This document shows positions 11,101 through 22,505 of a stretch of 64,000 bases of DNA, piece after piece. Within the stretch, counting starts at the first letter, position 1. Each line of letters begins with the position of its first letter. The stretch comes from a virus (lineage: Duplodnaviria > Caudoviricetes). Under the pieces are notes generated by a model, which saw only the letters and a list, made by a program, of their open reading frames with translations, did not search any database and was not told where the DNA came from. The position numbers and the translations under genes were made by a program. The stretch lies in IMG/VR virus record IMGVR_UViG_2854395284_000001, positions 1 through 64,000 of that record; one strand, given 5' to 3'.

Positions 11101-14100
11101 GCCTGATATGTTACTGCAGTAGATTTAACGCCTTTTCCACTTGCACCAGTATCGCCCTTATCTCCCTTGTCGCCTTTTTCACCTTTCAGATCAGATTCAG
11201 CTGGCGCCCATTTTGTTGCAATAGATCCTTCCTCGATCTTAAAATCACGAATATACAATATTTCACCGACAGCAAATGTCGCATAGAATGTGAATGATGA
11301 ATGTGCGGCATCTATGTATTTCCAAGTCATGAAATATTTCTGCCAAGATGTTGTCAAATCAATTCTCTTTATACCACCACACTCATGTCCGACTGGCACA
11401 GATGACTTATTGGCACTACATTTTGCCCAAAAGCTCCATGTATATGTTTTTCCAACCTTATCCGAAGTTTTACCGAATACTGGATAATGAGGCCCTGATC
11501 CAGCAGTAGTACATTTAACCTCAATATGATAACCGCATAAAGCATCCGGATCTAAAACAACCGTAGTTGTACCGACAAAACCACCTGCGGCACCCCATTG
11601 ATTGTTCATCTTGTATGAATTTGGAACAAGATTCCAATTAAAACTATCAACTTGATCTGCTTTCTTACTAAGTTGTACTTGAAAACCATTCGCTGTTTGT
11701 TGTAAAGTCGATATATCTCCTTCAGCATTAGAAATCCGTGTTTTCATTGTTGTAGCATCTGATTTCATAGTATTAATATCGCCTTGTGCATTAGAAATAC
11801 TCTTTTGTAGCCCAGAAGCTGTCGCTTGTAATGAACTTACGTCTCCTTGTGTATTGCTTAAATCCGCTCTGATGCCTGTTGCTGTTTGTTCCACTTTTGT
11901 GATAGCAGCGCTTGTATCTTCTGGAGCCGGACTCCATTCGGAATGACGATTTCCCTTTTCGACTTTGAACATTTTCCATCGAACAGTTCCACTTCGGACA
12001 TAATCATGTCTTAGATTAACAAACCAATATGAATTTTTTATCTGGTCTGCCGAAACGGTTGTCGTATATAAAAATTCTTTCGTTCCGCTTCCAGAAATAG
12101 CAATGCTTGGACTTGATGGAAATGCTCCAGAACTCCATCCCGTTACATTTCCACTACCTTGTATCCATACTTTGGCAGTTTGCCCAGTAGCAGCAACAAT
12201 ATTTGAATAATTATAATATAGATGAATCGTAATTTCATCACCAGCAGCAAGACCATCTGTTAGAACGGTTGCAACTGATGGGCAGATATTTGCTGCACCA
12301 CTAAAACCAGAAAACTCAGAAGAATAAGAACTGGATGTATTTCGAGCAAGATTTCTGCCTCCAATATAAAGAGAATTGAAATCTGTTTGTTTTGTATATG
12401 TTTTAGATACTTCTTGTGTGATGCTATCTGCTTTCACTTTAATAGCACTATTCATTTCTGTTGTTGTAGAATAATTCTTTAGCTTATTTGCCGTATCTGC
12501 TTTTGCATTTGATTCTGCTTTATTAGCTTTACTTGTAGCATCTGCTTTTGCACTATTTAAAGCATTATCAGCTTTTGTAGTTGCATCTTTCTTTGCATCA
12601 GCAATTCCTTGGTCATATACAGTTTTTTCTGTATATTTTTTACTCACATCCAATGTAATTGAATTTGCAGCTTGATTAATGGCTGAGTTCATTTCTGTTG
12701 TTGTAGAATAATTGGCAAAATTACCATTAATCTCTTTTTTTACTTGATCTAACTGCACATTGGTAGCACGTAAAGAAATATCATTTGTATTTTGCTGGAT
12801 TGCTGTTTCGGCAGAAGATATTCTTGTTTCCATCGCCTTAATACGAGATACAATCACATTGCGAATTTTTAATGTTCCTGAAAAATTTCCCCAACTTTCA
12901 GTTTGAAGGAATACTCGAAAATATCTTGAATTTACTGGAACGCTAACTACAGAACTAATTTTTGTAGCTGTTGCTGCGGCAGTAGCAGTTGTTCTTGCGC
13001 TATAATTAATACCAACGCTTTGTTTTTGAGCATTAAATCCATATAAGCCGATCGCAGTACCTTTATAAGTACTATCTGTTCCTTCATTCGTTGAGTTGCC
13101 TTTTACAGAAGTAGAGATTTCAAACTCTATATTAAATGATTCTCCACCCATACATTCATAATATCCAGAAATAAATTTATCCCTTGACAAAGTTTTTACT
13201 GTATACCATTTACCATCTGCCGTATTATCATATGTAAAACCAAAATAATCTGCAGTGTCTTCTTTTAATTGTGAGTAATTCATTGGATCGCGGCTAAGAA
13301 TATTAATATTAGTATTATTATTTGTTATTTGCGACTGAAGGTTTGTTGACGTCCTTTGTAATTCAGAAATATTGCCTTTTGCATCCGAAATATCTGATTT
13401 CATTGTCTTTGCATCTGCTTTTAAAATGTTAACATCTCCCTGGGCGTTCGTGATTTTTGTCGAAAGACCAGAGGCGTCAGATTTTAAAGTCGTGATATCA
13501 CCCTTAGCAGTTTTCAGTTCTGCTTTAATTTCTGTATCTGTTTGAGATAAGGTAGTAACATTTCCTTGAAGTGTTTTGACATTAGTTTCGATTTTTCCAG
13601 CACGTTGGTCAAAACTTGAATATTTGCTCGTTGCGTCATTTTTAGTTTCATATGTAGATGCAACTGTTTGTTTGAATCCTGTAGCATCTTGTTTTATAGA
13701 AGCAATGTCTTTTTGGACACTTGCTTGATTATTTTTGACTGTGGTTTTAACATCGGATACTTCCGAGGTTATTTCGCCAATCTTAGTTTCTTGCGAACTC
13801 ACTTGATCCCGAAGAGATTTAACGGTTGTGCCATCATAATTATTTACTGCGGTTGTAATATCTGTCTGCCAAACCTTGTTTGTAATTTTCTTGTCGATAC
13901 CATCCACTTTGCTAGATACACCATTAACTCTGGTAGTTACAGTAGTCAAAGCATCCTTCATTTTGTCATCAGATAATACGATAACCGTCTGTCTGTCTAG
14001 CACAACAGATACTTTGTCAGTTTGACTTAATGTACATCGTACACTTTTAATGTTATTTGACGTTGGGGTATAAGTTAAAGATGATTCATTTTTTGAAGAA

Positions 14101-15212
14101 AGATATGTGGATTTGAAATCACTTCCTGTTGTCGATTCTTCTATTGTAAAAAGACCATGATACGGAATTCTATCGCTTCCATCTTTCTGATAATAAGCAT
14201 TAAATGTAATAGAAGCAGGAGAGAGTGTTCCATCATATGTTTTGTTTATTACATATGATGATGGTTCTATGGAGTAGATATAGGACAACCCACCATCTTT
14301 AGATTTTGTCCAGGTAAAGTTTTTAACTAATGTTTTTCCATTTATACTAAATGTTAAGACTATATTTCCAGTTAATGTTAATTCAGTGCCAAGTGTAGCA
14401 TTTTTTACGATATTCAAAATTATCGATCCATCATTAGATATTGTACAATTCTCAGTTGACCCAAGAGTCATTCCAGATGGAAGAGTGCCGACTGCTACGT
14501 TACATGGTGTTCTTGTTAAACCTCGATACCCTACAAATGATATCTCTATTAACATATCATTAATGACATGCCCATCATATGTACATGGAATATTTTGTGA
14601 TTCGTTTCCAAGAGATATACTTAAAGCAGGTTCGCCAGGATTTCCTTGACCACCAACTGCACCTGCTTTTGCAAGCGACCAAGAAACTTCTTTCTTAAAT
14701 ACTAATCCATTTACAGAAATTGGTATGGAGAATTTTCCGTAATCTGCTTCAATTTTATTTCCAGCCTCGACAGAAAATGTGATTGTATTATTTTTTTGTA
14801 TTACCGAAATTCCATTTTTACTTTCAACTGTTCCAATAGTGAAATTACTAACTGCATCTGTACCTTTGAATACCACAACAGAAGTATCAAAAGATTGATC
14901 CATTAAAGCAATATTATTTTGATTAGAAACAGAGAATGTTATATTTTCATTTTGAAGAATAACAGTATATGCCGATTCTCCATCGTTACCTTTGATTCTT
15001 GTCCATGTATAATCGTTAGGATTATCGGATTCATGTTTTTCAGTTTTGTTATAAGCAATGCCTATATAAACTGCATTTGTTGGATCGTCCGTCAAGTCAG
15101 TTCCATTTTTATCTTGTGCATACTTCACCCAGATATATTTGGAATCTGCGGATGTTCCATCTTTTCCATGTTGCAAAATCAACATGTCTAATTCGTTGCT
15201 TGATAGTAACAT
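8163..15212 (-). CDS. Large tail fibre / receptor-binding protein (2349 aa) with collagen-like repeats and C-terminal intramolecular chaperone (peptidase S74-like)
   Basis: G-X-Y runs (GDKGDKGAT), coiled-coil segments, repeated GGRNL-initiated carbohydrate-binding-like modules, C-terminal SDRKAK..LQPVQY..GFVAQDV. Confidence 0.85.
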   Translation of the reverse strand: MLLSSNELDMLILQHGKDGTSADSKYIWVKYAQDKNGTDLTDDPTNAVYIGIAYNKTEKHESDNPNDYTWTRIKGNDGESAYTVILQNENITFSVSNQNNIALMDQSFDTSVVVFKGTDAVSNFTIGTVESKNGISVIQKNNTITFSVEAGNKIEADYGKFSIPISVNGLVFKKEVSWSLAKAGAVGGQGNPGEPALSISLGNESQNIPCTYDGHVINDMLIEISFVGYRGLTRTPCNVAVGTLPSGMTLGSTENCTISNDGSIILNIVKNATLGTELTLTGNIVLTFSINGKTLVKNFTWTKSKDGGLSYIYSIEPSSYVINKTYDGTLSPASITFNAYYQKDGSDRIPYHGLFTIEESTTGSDFKSTYLSSKNESSLTYTPTSNNIKSVRCTLSQTDKVSVVLDRQTVIVLSDDKMKDALTTVTTRVNGVSSKVDGIDKKITNKVWQTDITTAVNNYDGTTVKSLRDQVSSQETKIGEITSEVSDVKTTVKNNQASVQKDIASIKQDATGFKQTVASTYETKNDATSKYSSFDQRAGKIETNVKTLQGNVTTLSQTDTEIKAELKTAKGDITTLKSDASGLSTKITNAQGDVNILKADAKTMKSDISDAKGNISELQRTSTNLQSQITNNNTNINILSRDPMNYSQLKEDTADYFGFTYDNTADGKWYTVKTLSRDKFISGYYECMGGESFNIEFEISTSVKGNSTNEGTDSTYKGTAIGLYGFNAQKQSVGINYSARTTATAAATATKISSVVSVPVNSRYFRVFLQTESWGNFSGTLKIRNVIVSRIKAMETRISSAETAIQQNTNDISLRATNVQLDQVKKEINGNFANYSTTTEMNSAINQAANSITLDVSKKYTEKTVYDQGIADAKKDATTKADNALNSAKADATSKANKAESNAKADTANKLKNYSTTTEMNSAIKVKADSITQEVSKTYTKQTDFNSLYIGGRNLARNTSSSYSSEFSGFSGAANICPSVATVLTDGLAAGDEITIHLYYNYSNIVAATGQTAKVWIQGSGNVTGWSSGAFPSSPSIAISGSGTKEFLYTTTVSADQIKNSYWFVNLRHDYVRSGTVRWKMFKVEKGNRHSEWSPAPEDTSAAITKVEQTATGIRADLSNTQGDVSSLQATASGLQKSISNAQGDINTMKSDATTMKTRISNAEGDISTLQQTANGFQVQLSKKADQVDSFNWNLVPNSYKMNNQWGAAGGFVGTTTVVLDPDALCGYHIEVKCTTAGSGPHYPVFGKTSDKVGKTYTWSFWAKCSANKSSVPVGHECGGIKRIDLTTSWQKYFMTWKYIDAAHSSFTFYATFAVGEILYIRDFKIEEGSIATKWAPAESDLKGEKGDKGDKGDTGASGKGVKSTAVTYQASSSGTTIPTGVWSATPPATSADKPYFWTRTIITYTDNTTSTAYNVGSTPEGIVVGGRNLAMNTNKGTTGWSWSMQTGGYSKESVSETGVNTCKLTRDSVKQSGWSVIQFSYIGRTKWEADTNYTVSVDVKASVSTSMDPSFRHGDSSNMLIQSCKAVNNKTVANVWTKLVWVVKSAATLPRGTSQNTYFTGMNSGTGVSYQFKNLKIEKGNMATDWTPAPEDYVSFVDVEYYLSTSATSLSGGSWSTTAPTWVNGKYMWSRTVTTDGAGNRTYSPNQNGVCIAGAQGATGAKGDKGDTGGTGATGKGVKSIVEQYYKSTSATAMSGGSWSTTYPGWENSKYIWTRSVITYTDNTTSTTTAVCVTGSKGDKGATGAKGDKGDKGATGSAALQVKRNFSGTYTSVGQITTCGTNDFNRPPFAGDTFICLDGSSNTGTWLVTSVSGGTVNIKLLAYVNSKGATGSKGDKGEKGEKGEADIKCYPLTGGANQLVWSKLGTLISAGDNSNFIINIYTGNGYNGHAQQNSQAEIVIKDGWQASASTTSAFGVSVTRQNCDDLKVQVRATASNKCDVWVYLPWAYSWGTYTIAGKYTSWETSSTTQTTEPITGTLQDLAYRMNSENAAKTATNFMEFTSGNGLQIGNKTDGSWSGYRTKISASAFEIINQAGITLAYYGDKLIQLGKNTKDSVIELCGGLGKIQSKQYYGYQACEMSSDYVALRSTHQAVLTSSTSTGNCMVSAAENTFGATATTTDSTGKTTKQGDIDISDGVVEFSSIRNGYDCAVGVYAGGWSGGTYRGSFSPSKGYTEKVLLGDNGAGQLWDRLMAKNATQIMSDRKAKYDIKPLGADTESQIATMSLDSEHSNANPVDIHSELFDRLQPVQYKMVNDDQRIRFGFVAQDVVDAMKELGIREDELDLVHHDQRVTENGYNDTYGMVYTNLIALITHELQLEKQRRSNLELEVADLRSELETMRDNLSGNTN

Positions 15213-15234
15213 TGCTCACCTCCTTTTTTATGTG

Positions 15235-18200
15235 TTACATTTTTTCAATTAATGTATCGATATCTTTATCTGTTAACGTATTCGCATTTTCCTTGATTGC
15301 ATCGATAACATTTGTTCCAATCTTTTCATAAGATTTGCTGAGTAATTTATTTAAAATTGCATCTGCTAATAAATCATAATTTATCTGCTTAAGAGATTTT
15401 CCACTATTGACAAATACGCTATCAGAAGAATCAAGTACTTCAGTTGTATTTACATCAATAATATTTTTGCTCGAAGCAGAAGTATCTGATGCTGCTTCAA
15501 TGGAATATAAACTAATTCCATTTTCATCTTGTAATGTATTTGATTGTTCGTCCGTAATTGACACTTGTGCTACGTCTCCAATATCAACTAGACAACGAAT
15601 TCTCTTACGTATAATTGATTTATCAACATTAATTGTCAATGTTTTATTATTTCCAACCGTTTTCCAATCACCTGACTCGTTATTTATAATTTGCCATTTG
15701 TAAAATATCGGTTCCATAGGCGTAGCACCTTTATATACTTGACATGTACATATAGTACTCGTAATTGTTGTATCATCATCAAACACTACTCCTTTTTCAC
15801 TGGTGATAATTACAGAAATAGAAGGCTGTCCATCGACTCCATTTAAACTATCCAAAATATGTACAGTTAATACATCGTATAATTTTTTTGTGGAATCTTC
15901 GACTTTAATAACTAAAGATTTTTTTGTTGATGGTAATGTTGCAATATAAGAAGATGGTATTATGATTGAAGTTTTATCCGTAGATACATATCTTGTATTT
16001 TCTACATTATCTATATACCATTTACCGATTTTAACATCATTTCTATATTTTGCCGTTATAGTTATATTGTTTGGAGATATAACACCATCTATTTTTCGAA
16101 ATATCTGTTCACCATACAAATCTAGTGTACCAATTTTACCCTCTACATTTTCAATCTGATCAGTAATTTGTTGCTTAATTGAAGTGAACTCTGCATCAAC
16201 TCCATGACCATTAACGATGACTTTCGCTGCGTCAACATTTCCATTCTTATCCGCTTCAATAACATTGAAATTCAGTTTATCTTTAGAAAGAGTTCCATCC
16301 GCAACCATATCGTTTTTAATCAATCCATCAGCGATAGCAGATTCTTTAATGCCTTTAGAATCAATTAATACGCCTTTACCTGTCTCATCATACAAAGTAA
16401 ACGTAAAATTATCCTTTGCATCACGACCAATTTGAATACGTACATTATTATTTTTGTCTTTAAATTGCATTGTGTTACCAACGATAGTAAGTCCACCATC
16501 GTCGGAAGCAATATTAAATTTATCGGCAGAAATAGTACTTGCCTTTAGCATTGCTACAGTAATATTTGCCGCAATCAAATCACGAATGACTGCATCGTCA
16601 ACAACAACATTACTAGCAGTAAGATGAATAAGGTGTCCAAGTTCTGCAGATATATTTCCAGCCAATAAACTATCAATCGCAGCAACAACTGCGGATAATT
16701 CCTTAAAATTACCACTACCTGCGACAATTTTATCAGCAGAAATTAATTTTGACTGTAGATATTCGAAATATCCATTCTCACCATATAGATCAGTAACTTT
16801 AATCAACTTGGCATTTAATTCTTGTAATGATATAGAACCACTACCAAGCATACCGGCGAATTCATTATTTATAATGGAAGAAACTTTATTGCTGAATGCA
16901 CCAGAAGATAAAAGCTTTTGGATTAGCCCAGATGTAAGAGTGACGCCTTCATTATTTAGAAAGTTATTAGACGAGCCAGATGCGGAAGATTTACTGCCAC
17001 CAGATGAATTATCAAGAAGATATGGAAGATCGAAAAATCCGTTTTTTGTTCTTGTCATATTGGAGAAAGTTAATTCAATATTGTTATCCATCATTAATGG
17101 ATTGTATGTCATTTCAATCAGACGAAGTTTAACAACATTATTATCTCCTATTGTCAGATATAAATAATCACCGCGATTTATATTTTTTGTATAATCCTTA
17201 TATTCACTTTTTGCCAAAAAGTTATCCAACGAGGTTATATATTGGTATTGCGGATGAGAAGATATATATAAATCATCAGACGCCGTATTGAATAGCTTTA
17301 GTTGTTCATCAATAGCAGAAACCTGATCGTCAGAATCTGTAAGGAACATATTATCATTCGAATATGTGCCATCGTAATAAACTTTAGATAATTCTAAAAG
17401 ATCTTTTTCGGTAAATGATATAGTGTCGGACGGTGATGCAATTTTTTGATTTTTAGCATCAATAATACAATTTGATTTTTCGTCAACCAAATAATTATTG
17501 TTTTGATGTGTCCACGTTTCTTTATTAACCTTTTTTGTTAATTCAAGTCTTTCTTTGCTATAAGTATTTAAAACATCATTTGCTGCATCAATTTCAGATT
17601 GTCTCTGAGCATATGCTTCCTGGCATCCACCTACATAATTAGAATCTAATTGATTTTGAGCGTCCAGATATTTTGCATACATCTTATCATGAATGTCTTT
17701 AGTGTGAGAAGAATCTTCAGAATAGGGTTTATCGTAACCGCCCTTTTTGCAAGTTTCAACTGTGTTTTTATACTCTTGCAGCTTTACTTTTAATTCGTCT
17801 AATCCGTATAACTTCCAATTGGTCTTATAAGAATCTACATAATCTGCATTGTCATCGTCCGTAGGTAATTGACGATTATTCATTTCGATTTGAATAGATG
17901 GAAGAATTACATCTCGAATTTGATAATAATCATTAGCATCCGAAGACTTTTTTAAAGCATCCTCATCAAAGTTGCCATTGCTATCTACATAGAATTGCTC
18001 ATAACCCTTGAGTTGGGCCTGGTAATTTGCTTGCGCTTCTTTTAATTCATCATCTGTAAATGTACTCCAATTTGTAGAGCAATCATCCAAAGGAACACGA
18101 TCATACAATTCTGTGATAACTTTCATCTGTTGATTATATTTTCTAGTCGCTTCAATATAATCAATCCTACAGTTTTCCGCATCTTGTTTCCATAAATTAT

Positions 18201-19176
18201 ATTTTTGAATAAAAGCAGAAGAGAAATACTTTTCATTTAAGTAATAATCAATATTTTCAATATAGTTCGATCCAAAATTTACATAAGTAATACCAAGATT
18301 ATCTGATCCTTGTACATAATAACGCGTAAACATTTTAGAATCGTCAACAGATATTTCTTGAGACTGCTGCAAATTTTTGAAATTGATATTTATATTTGTA
18401 CTATTCCCGTAATTTTCAGGATGATAAGCGTTGATCTTCATATGAAGAAAATCAAAAACAAATATACATTGGAAATACTGCGCCATATCCTGTGTAAAAA
18501 AAGAATATACATCCTGACTTTCTATATCGAACGATCCAATCTCATCGGATAGAAGAGTGTATGTTTCAACATATTTTCCATCCCTATATGTTCTATATGT
18601 CTTTGGAACAGTATCAATTTCTCCAATCGTCCAGCCATATACATTGCCAGCCCTAAGAACAAGATCTAACAGACTGAGCTGTGGATTGTCTGGGTTATAA
18701 AATTTTATCTGTTCTTTGGCAAATTCTACATCATCTATTTTTTCTACATTATCATCTGCCAACATCTCATACGAGTCAGTAGTTCCTTGATTAATTTTAA
18801 AATTTTTTAAATCATGTTGCTCCATTTCTATCTCTGCTGAGTGGCAGGTAATAGTTTTAGTCTCTTTAATTCCATCATGTGATATTTTAGGTGCATCCAT
18901 GATAAACCATCCAACATTATCGACGTATACTCGCATAAGCCAAGCAACTAAATCATATACGTTGGAATGTACTAATTTCGATAAACCATGTTCATCTTCG
19001 ATTAAAATCTTTTCATTAATATTAAATGTTAATTCATATGTATTAATGAATTTGGAAGTAAGCTGAAATGTACTTTCTTCGATTCCGTTGATAGCACATA
19101 GAATCTTATTGTTTGGTGTACCTAAATACACATGACTTTGTATTGGTTGGTTATAACGATCATAAACAATGTTCAA
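15235..19176 (-). CDS. Tail spike / baseplate hub (Tal-like) protein
   Basis: Position after Dit; beta-repeat region and 'VRIQIG' motif typical of phage minor tail proteins. Confidence 0.7.
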   Translation of the reverse strand: MNIVYDRYNQPIQSHVYLGTPNNKILCAINGIEESTFQLTSKFINTYELTFNINEKILIEDEHGLSKLVHSNVYDLVAWLMRVYVDNVGWFIMDAPKISHDGIKETKTITCHSAEIEMEQHDLKNFKINQGTTDSYEMLADDNVEKIDDVEFAKEQIKFYNPDNPQLSLLDLVLRAGNVYGWTIGEIDTVPKTYRTYRDGKYVETYTLLSDEIGSFDIESQDVYSFFTQDMAQYFQCIFVFDFLHMKINAYHPENYGNSTNININFKNLQQSQEISVDDSKMFTRYYVQGSDNLGITYVNFGSNYIENIDYYLNEKYFSSAFIQKYNLWKQDAENCRIDYIEATRKYNQQMKVITELYDRVPLDDCSTNWSTFTDDELKEAQANYQAQLKGYEQFYVDSNGNFDEDALKKSSDANDYYQIRDVILPSIQIEMNNRQLPTDDDNADYVDSYKTNWKLYGLDELKVKLQEYKNTVETCKKGGYDKPYSEDSSHTKDIHDKMYAKYLDAQNQLDSNYVGGCQEAYAQRQSEIDAANDVLNTYSKERLELTKKVNKETWTHQNNNYLVDEKSNCIIDAKNQKIASPSDTISFTEKDLLELSKVYYDGTYSNDNMFLTDSDDQVSAIDEQLKLFNTASDDLYISSHPQYQYITSLDNFLAKSEYKDYTKNINRGDYLYLTIGDNNVVKLRLIEMTYNPLMMDNNIELTFSNMTRTKNGFFDLPYLLDNSSGGSKSSASGSSNNFLNNEGVTLTSGLIQKLLSSGAFSNKVSSIINNEFAGMLGSGSISLQELNAKLIKVTDLYGENGYFEYLQSKLISADKIVAGSGNFKELSAVVAAIDSLLAGNISAELGHLIHLTASNVVVDDAVIRDLIAANITVAMLKASTISADKFNIASDDGGLTIVGNTMQFKDKNNNVRIQIGRDAKDNFTFTLYDETGKGVLIDSKGIKESAIADGLIKNDMVADGTLSKDKLNFNVIEADKNGNVDAAKVIVNGHGVDAEFTSIKQQITDQIENVEGKIGTLDLYGEQIFRKIDGVISPNNITITAKYRNDVKIGKWYIDNVENTRYVSTDKTSIIIPSSYIATLPSTKKSLVIKVEDSTKKLYDVLTVHILDSLNGVDGQPSISVIITSEKGVVFDDDTTITSTICTCQVYKGATPMEPIFYKWQIINNESGDWKTVGNNKTLTINVDKSIIRKRIRCLVDIGDVAQVSITDEQSNTLQDENGISLYSIEAASDTSASSKNIIDVNTTEVLDSSDSVFVNSGKSLKQINYDLLADAILNKLLSKSYEKIGTNVIDAIKENANTLTDKDIDTLIEKM

Positions 19177-19178
19177 AA

Positions 19179-20267
19179 TTATTCACCAACCTTTCGTGCC
19201 TCAATGTGTTTTATACGAAAATCGCAGTTACCATAGAATAAGAATGAATTATTCCCATGAGCTAGTTGTATCCAATACATATGAGCGACATCATTGATGC
19301 CTAATTTATCATATCTTACCATCCGTCCAAGCTCATCATTAATTGTTAACTTCTGGCAATCCATAGATATATTTAAATCTTTTGAAACAGACAAAACCAT
19401 AATGCCATTTTCGATGATATAATATACTTTTGAATCTGTCCTATAAAAAACCGTACATGCTGTTTCATTTCCATATACATCAATTAATTTAAATTGAGTC
19501 AATGTATTATCGCATCTCCAATTAATATCTTTGGTTTCTTCTGAAATGTCAAATTGTGCAGTACATGCATTTGATTTTGCATATAATTCAACATAAGAAA
19601 TTAATTGTCCCATATAATTTGTATTAGAGGAAGATAGTGTTCCTGTTTCGCGAATCGTACAATCAGACATATTACAAATTACAATATCCCCATTTGCTTT
19701 TGGAAAAATATCAATCGTTGGATACACATAACTATTTAATTCATCACTGTTATTTGCGATTAGAATATTTTTATATGTTGAACATGATACGTTAGTTGTA
19801 ATATCGTCAGTATAACCAAACGGGGTTGTGCATTTAAAATATAATTTTAATCCAAAGGTTTGAGAATTTACCGAATATGATTCAATATTGTTAAACCATC
19901 CAAAATAACGAATTGTATCATCTGCAGAATCATCGGTTCCGGAAAATGTCAGCCATTCTGGAAAATGAGAAGAAGTGAGCCATTTGGTAATTTCTCGACG
20001 CTCAGACTTTGTGATAATAGAATCACTTTGATTTAAATATGTGCATGGGTCTTTGATAATATCTAACTCAAATTCTAATGTGTCATTCCACTTATCATAG
20101 AAATAATTTGGTTCCGTTTTATAGCGATTTGTATCACCTGTCTCCATATCCCTATCCATTGCCATATTTACATCTGATCCACCTTCAAAATCCACGGATA
20201 CATATTTCACACTTAAATCACTTAATCGTTGTCCCATGAACGTAAAATTTTTAAATTCTTTTGCCAT
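19179..20267 (-). CDS. Distal tail protein (Dit-like)
   Basis: Directly after tape measure; 'NFTFMGQRLSD', 'ITKWL', 'FKCTTPFGY'. Confidence 0.75.
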   Translation of the reverse strand: MAKEFKNFTFMGQRLSDLSVKYVSVDFEGGSDVNMAMDRDMETGDTNRYKTEPNYFYDKWNDTLEFELDIIKDPCTYLNQSDSIITKSERREITKWLTSSHFPEWLTFSGTDDSADDTIRYFGWFNNIESYSVNSQTFGLKLYFKCTTPFGYTDDITTNVSCSTYKNILIANNSDELNSYVYPTIDIFPKANGDIVICNMSDCTIRETGTLSSSNTNYMGQLISYVELYAKSNACTAQFDISEETKDINWRCDNTLTQFKLIDVYGNETACTVFYRTDSKVYYIIENGIMVLSVSKDLNISMDCQKLTINDELGRMVRYDKLGINDVAHMYWIQLAHGNNSFLFYGNCDFRIKHIEARKVGE

Positions 20268-20342
20268 TTTGCATCACCTCCAAAAAATTTGTTATAGTTA
20301 TAGAAATAGGAGAGTACCTTTGACAGTACCCTCCCATAAAAA

Positions 20343-21828
20343 TTACATAATTATCTTATGTCCAAGTTTTTTATACTGATCTGCCAGCGTATCGCATGTA
20401 TACTTGCAAGACTGTTTTAATAACTTCTGAATATCAGGAATAGCACTTTTATCCAGATTTCCTTCAACATTTTCGATATTCAGTAACGCATCATAGTGAT
20501 ATGTTACATTCCCGACATTGCTGATGTTCTGAGGAATATTCGTCTGTACCAGATTTGGTGTAGTACTTACATTCATACCGAATTCCCGTGGATCAATTGC
20601 ACTTAATTTAATCAAATTACTTACAAAATCGGCTGGTAGAATAGAATCTCCATCTTGAACAGGTGTAAGGACAGCACCATCTTTCTTGCGATAGATTAAT
20701 TCTGAAACGCCATGATGTTTGGTGTCTTTATTTTCGTTTGTCCATACAAGCTGATCGCCATGAATACGATCCGTACCTTTTTCATAACCACTAATCTGAC
20801 TGAGACGCACCCATCCAAGATCACTATAATTAGGATCATGCGCACTCTTGATATGGATCTTAAAATCACCAGTAGTACGTCCATTGCCGCCATATTCCCT
20901 AGCTGTATAAGAATCAATAACAACAGCACCAGGCTGACCGGAAAATCTACTACCTTTTGGAGACATACCCCAAGAGTCATTGTAGTAAGATCCTGTGAAC
21001 GTTACGACATCGCCAACACGAGGAATTCTATCTCCACCAGTTTTTGCTGGCTGTGGTTTCGGCTGTGGCTTTGGTTTTGCATTGACCTTAATTGATACCT
21101 TTGCAGACAGTCCACTTCCATCGGTAGTGGTAGCAGTAATCGTACAAGAGCCAGGTTTCTTTGCTTTTACCGTACCATTGGATACAGTAGCAATTGATTC
21201 ATTACTTGATTTCCAAGCAAGAGTCTTATTAGCTGCATCGTTCGGTCTGATTGTAGCAGTAATACTTGTGGATTTACCCTCTTCCAGTGTAGTAGAAGTA
21301 GGAGACACCTTTAGTTCCGCAACCTTACGATTCGTTGTATCTTCCGGCTTGACTAATTGATCCGCAAGATCACTGTTTACTTTTGAATTACTGTTGATTG
21401 GATCAGTTTTTGTACCAGATGCGGTACTGGATGGATTTTTATTTGCACTGGACTGAGACTGTGATGCGTTGGAATTTTGATTCTTAACACCTGTCTCTGT
21501 GCTTAGATCAGACTGGGTATTGTTAAAATCCGTACTACCTACCCAGCCAGTATTTTTGATGATAGAGTTGATTTTGCCATATGCTTCTTGATAAGAGGAC
21601 ACGGCTTTGTCAAGCATAGAATTGATGATCTCAAGCTGTTTGTCAGCATTATGACTAATTTCGTACTCGGTATCATCAAGAGAAGTTTTCAGATCTTCAC
21701 TGAGCTTATCGTAACCTTGAGACTGCATATCATTTGCATGGTCACGCTTAGTATCGGCTAAATCTTGCTCTGCTTCTGAAAGCTGCTGCTTCAATTTCTT
21801 AACTTGAGATTGAGCATCGAGGTTATTT
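20343..21828 (-). CDS. Tape measure protein exon 5 (C-terminus with Ig-like Big_2 and SH3-like domains)
   Basis: Joins exon 4 in frame: GGG GT|A AAT AAC (EGVNNLDAQSQVKKLKQQ); Big_2 'WKSSNESIATVSNGTVKAKKPG'. Confidence 0.85.
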
Positions 21829-21971
21829 CATTTTCTTTTCATCCACTCGCTACGTGGACAAGAGCATAACTGCTCCCCATACTTTCGTATGGCATGGGAC
21901 TATATCTTCTATTTGAATTTTATTTGAGGGATTGTAATTAAGATTTGAGGTATAAGAAAAGAGCAGTAGAT

Positions 21972-22490
21972 TTACTGCTCCTGTTGATTGAATGGTATTT
22001 CCTCGTATACATCTAATCCAAATTCTTGATGGAAATTTATTAGACTGGATTTCCGAAAACGTGCAGTTCTCTGTACACGTTGTTTTCTAGCAACATTAAT
22101 ATAAGAACTGATATATTCAATGGCTTCTTTTTCAATGACCGCATAATTATCTTTAATAATTTTTTGCTGAGATTTTGGAATTCTTGGCTCATCACATCTT
22201 ATATATTTATCATCATTTATAACCATTATATATCTATAATCAAGCCCCGCATTTGGCTTATCTTTAGATGGTACAGAAAATCCTATTTTACCAAATGATC
22301 TAACTGGATTTCCTAAGCTTTTACGTAATGGAATTAATATTTTGTTGTCATTATACTGAACTTCCAAACATACATGTGTTCTGATATTATGTTTGGATGC
22401 ATCACTAACATCTAAAATTTGTTCTAAACCAGGATGGTCTATGTAATATTGTTCTAATATATAACAATATGAATATGTTGCAGTTTCCAT
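21972..22490 (-). CDS. Type III toxin-antitoxin toxin, TenpN-like endoribonuclease (172 aa)
   Basis: ILIPLR..GLDYRYIMVI..YI..SSLINFHQEFGL pattern; AAGGAG RBS before ATG 22490; preceded by terminator and pseudoknot units. Confidence 0.7.
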   Translation of the reverse strand: METATYSYCYILEQYYIDHPGLEQILDVSDASKHNIRTHVCLEVQYNDNKILIPLRKSLGNPVRSFGKIGFSVPSKDKPNAGLDYRYIMVINDDKYIRCDEPRIPKSQQKIIKDNYAVIEKEAIEYISSYINVARKQRVQRTARFRKSSLINFHQEFGLDVYEEIPFNQQEQ

Positions 22491-22505
22491 TTTTCTCCTT
22501 AGTAA

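Noticed and set aside
9680-12715. Repeats within the tail fibre as a diversity-generating retroelement or invertible cassette
   Set aside because: They are in-frame collagen and domain repeats; no reverse transcriptase or invertase nearby and no adenine-specific mismatch pattern noticed.
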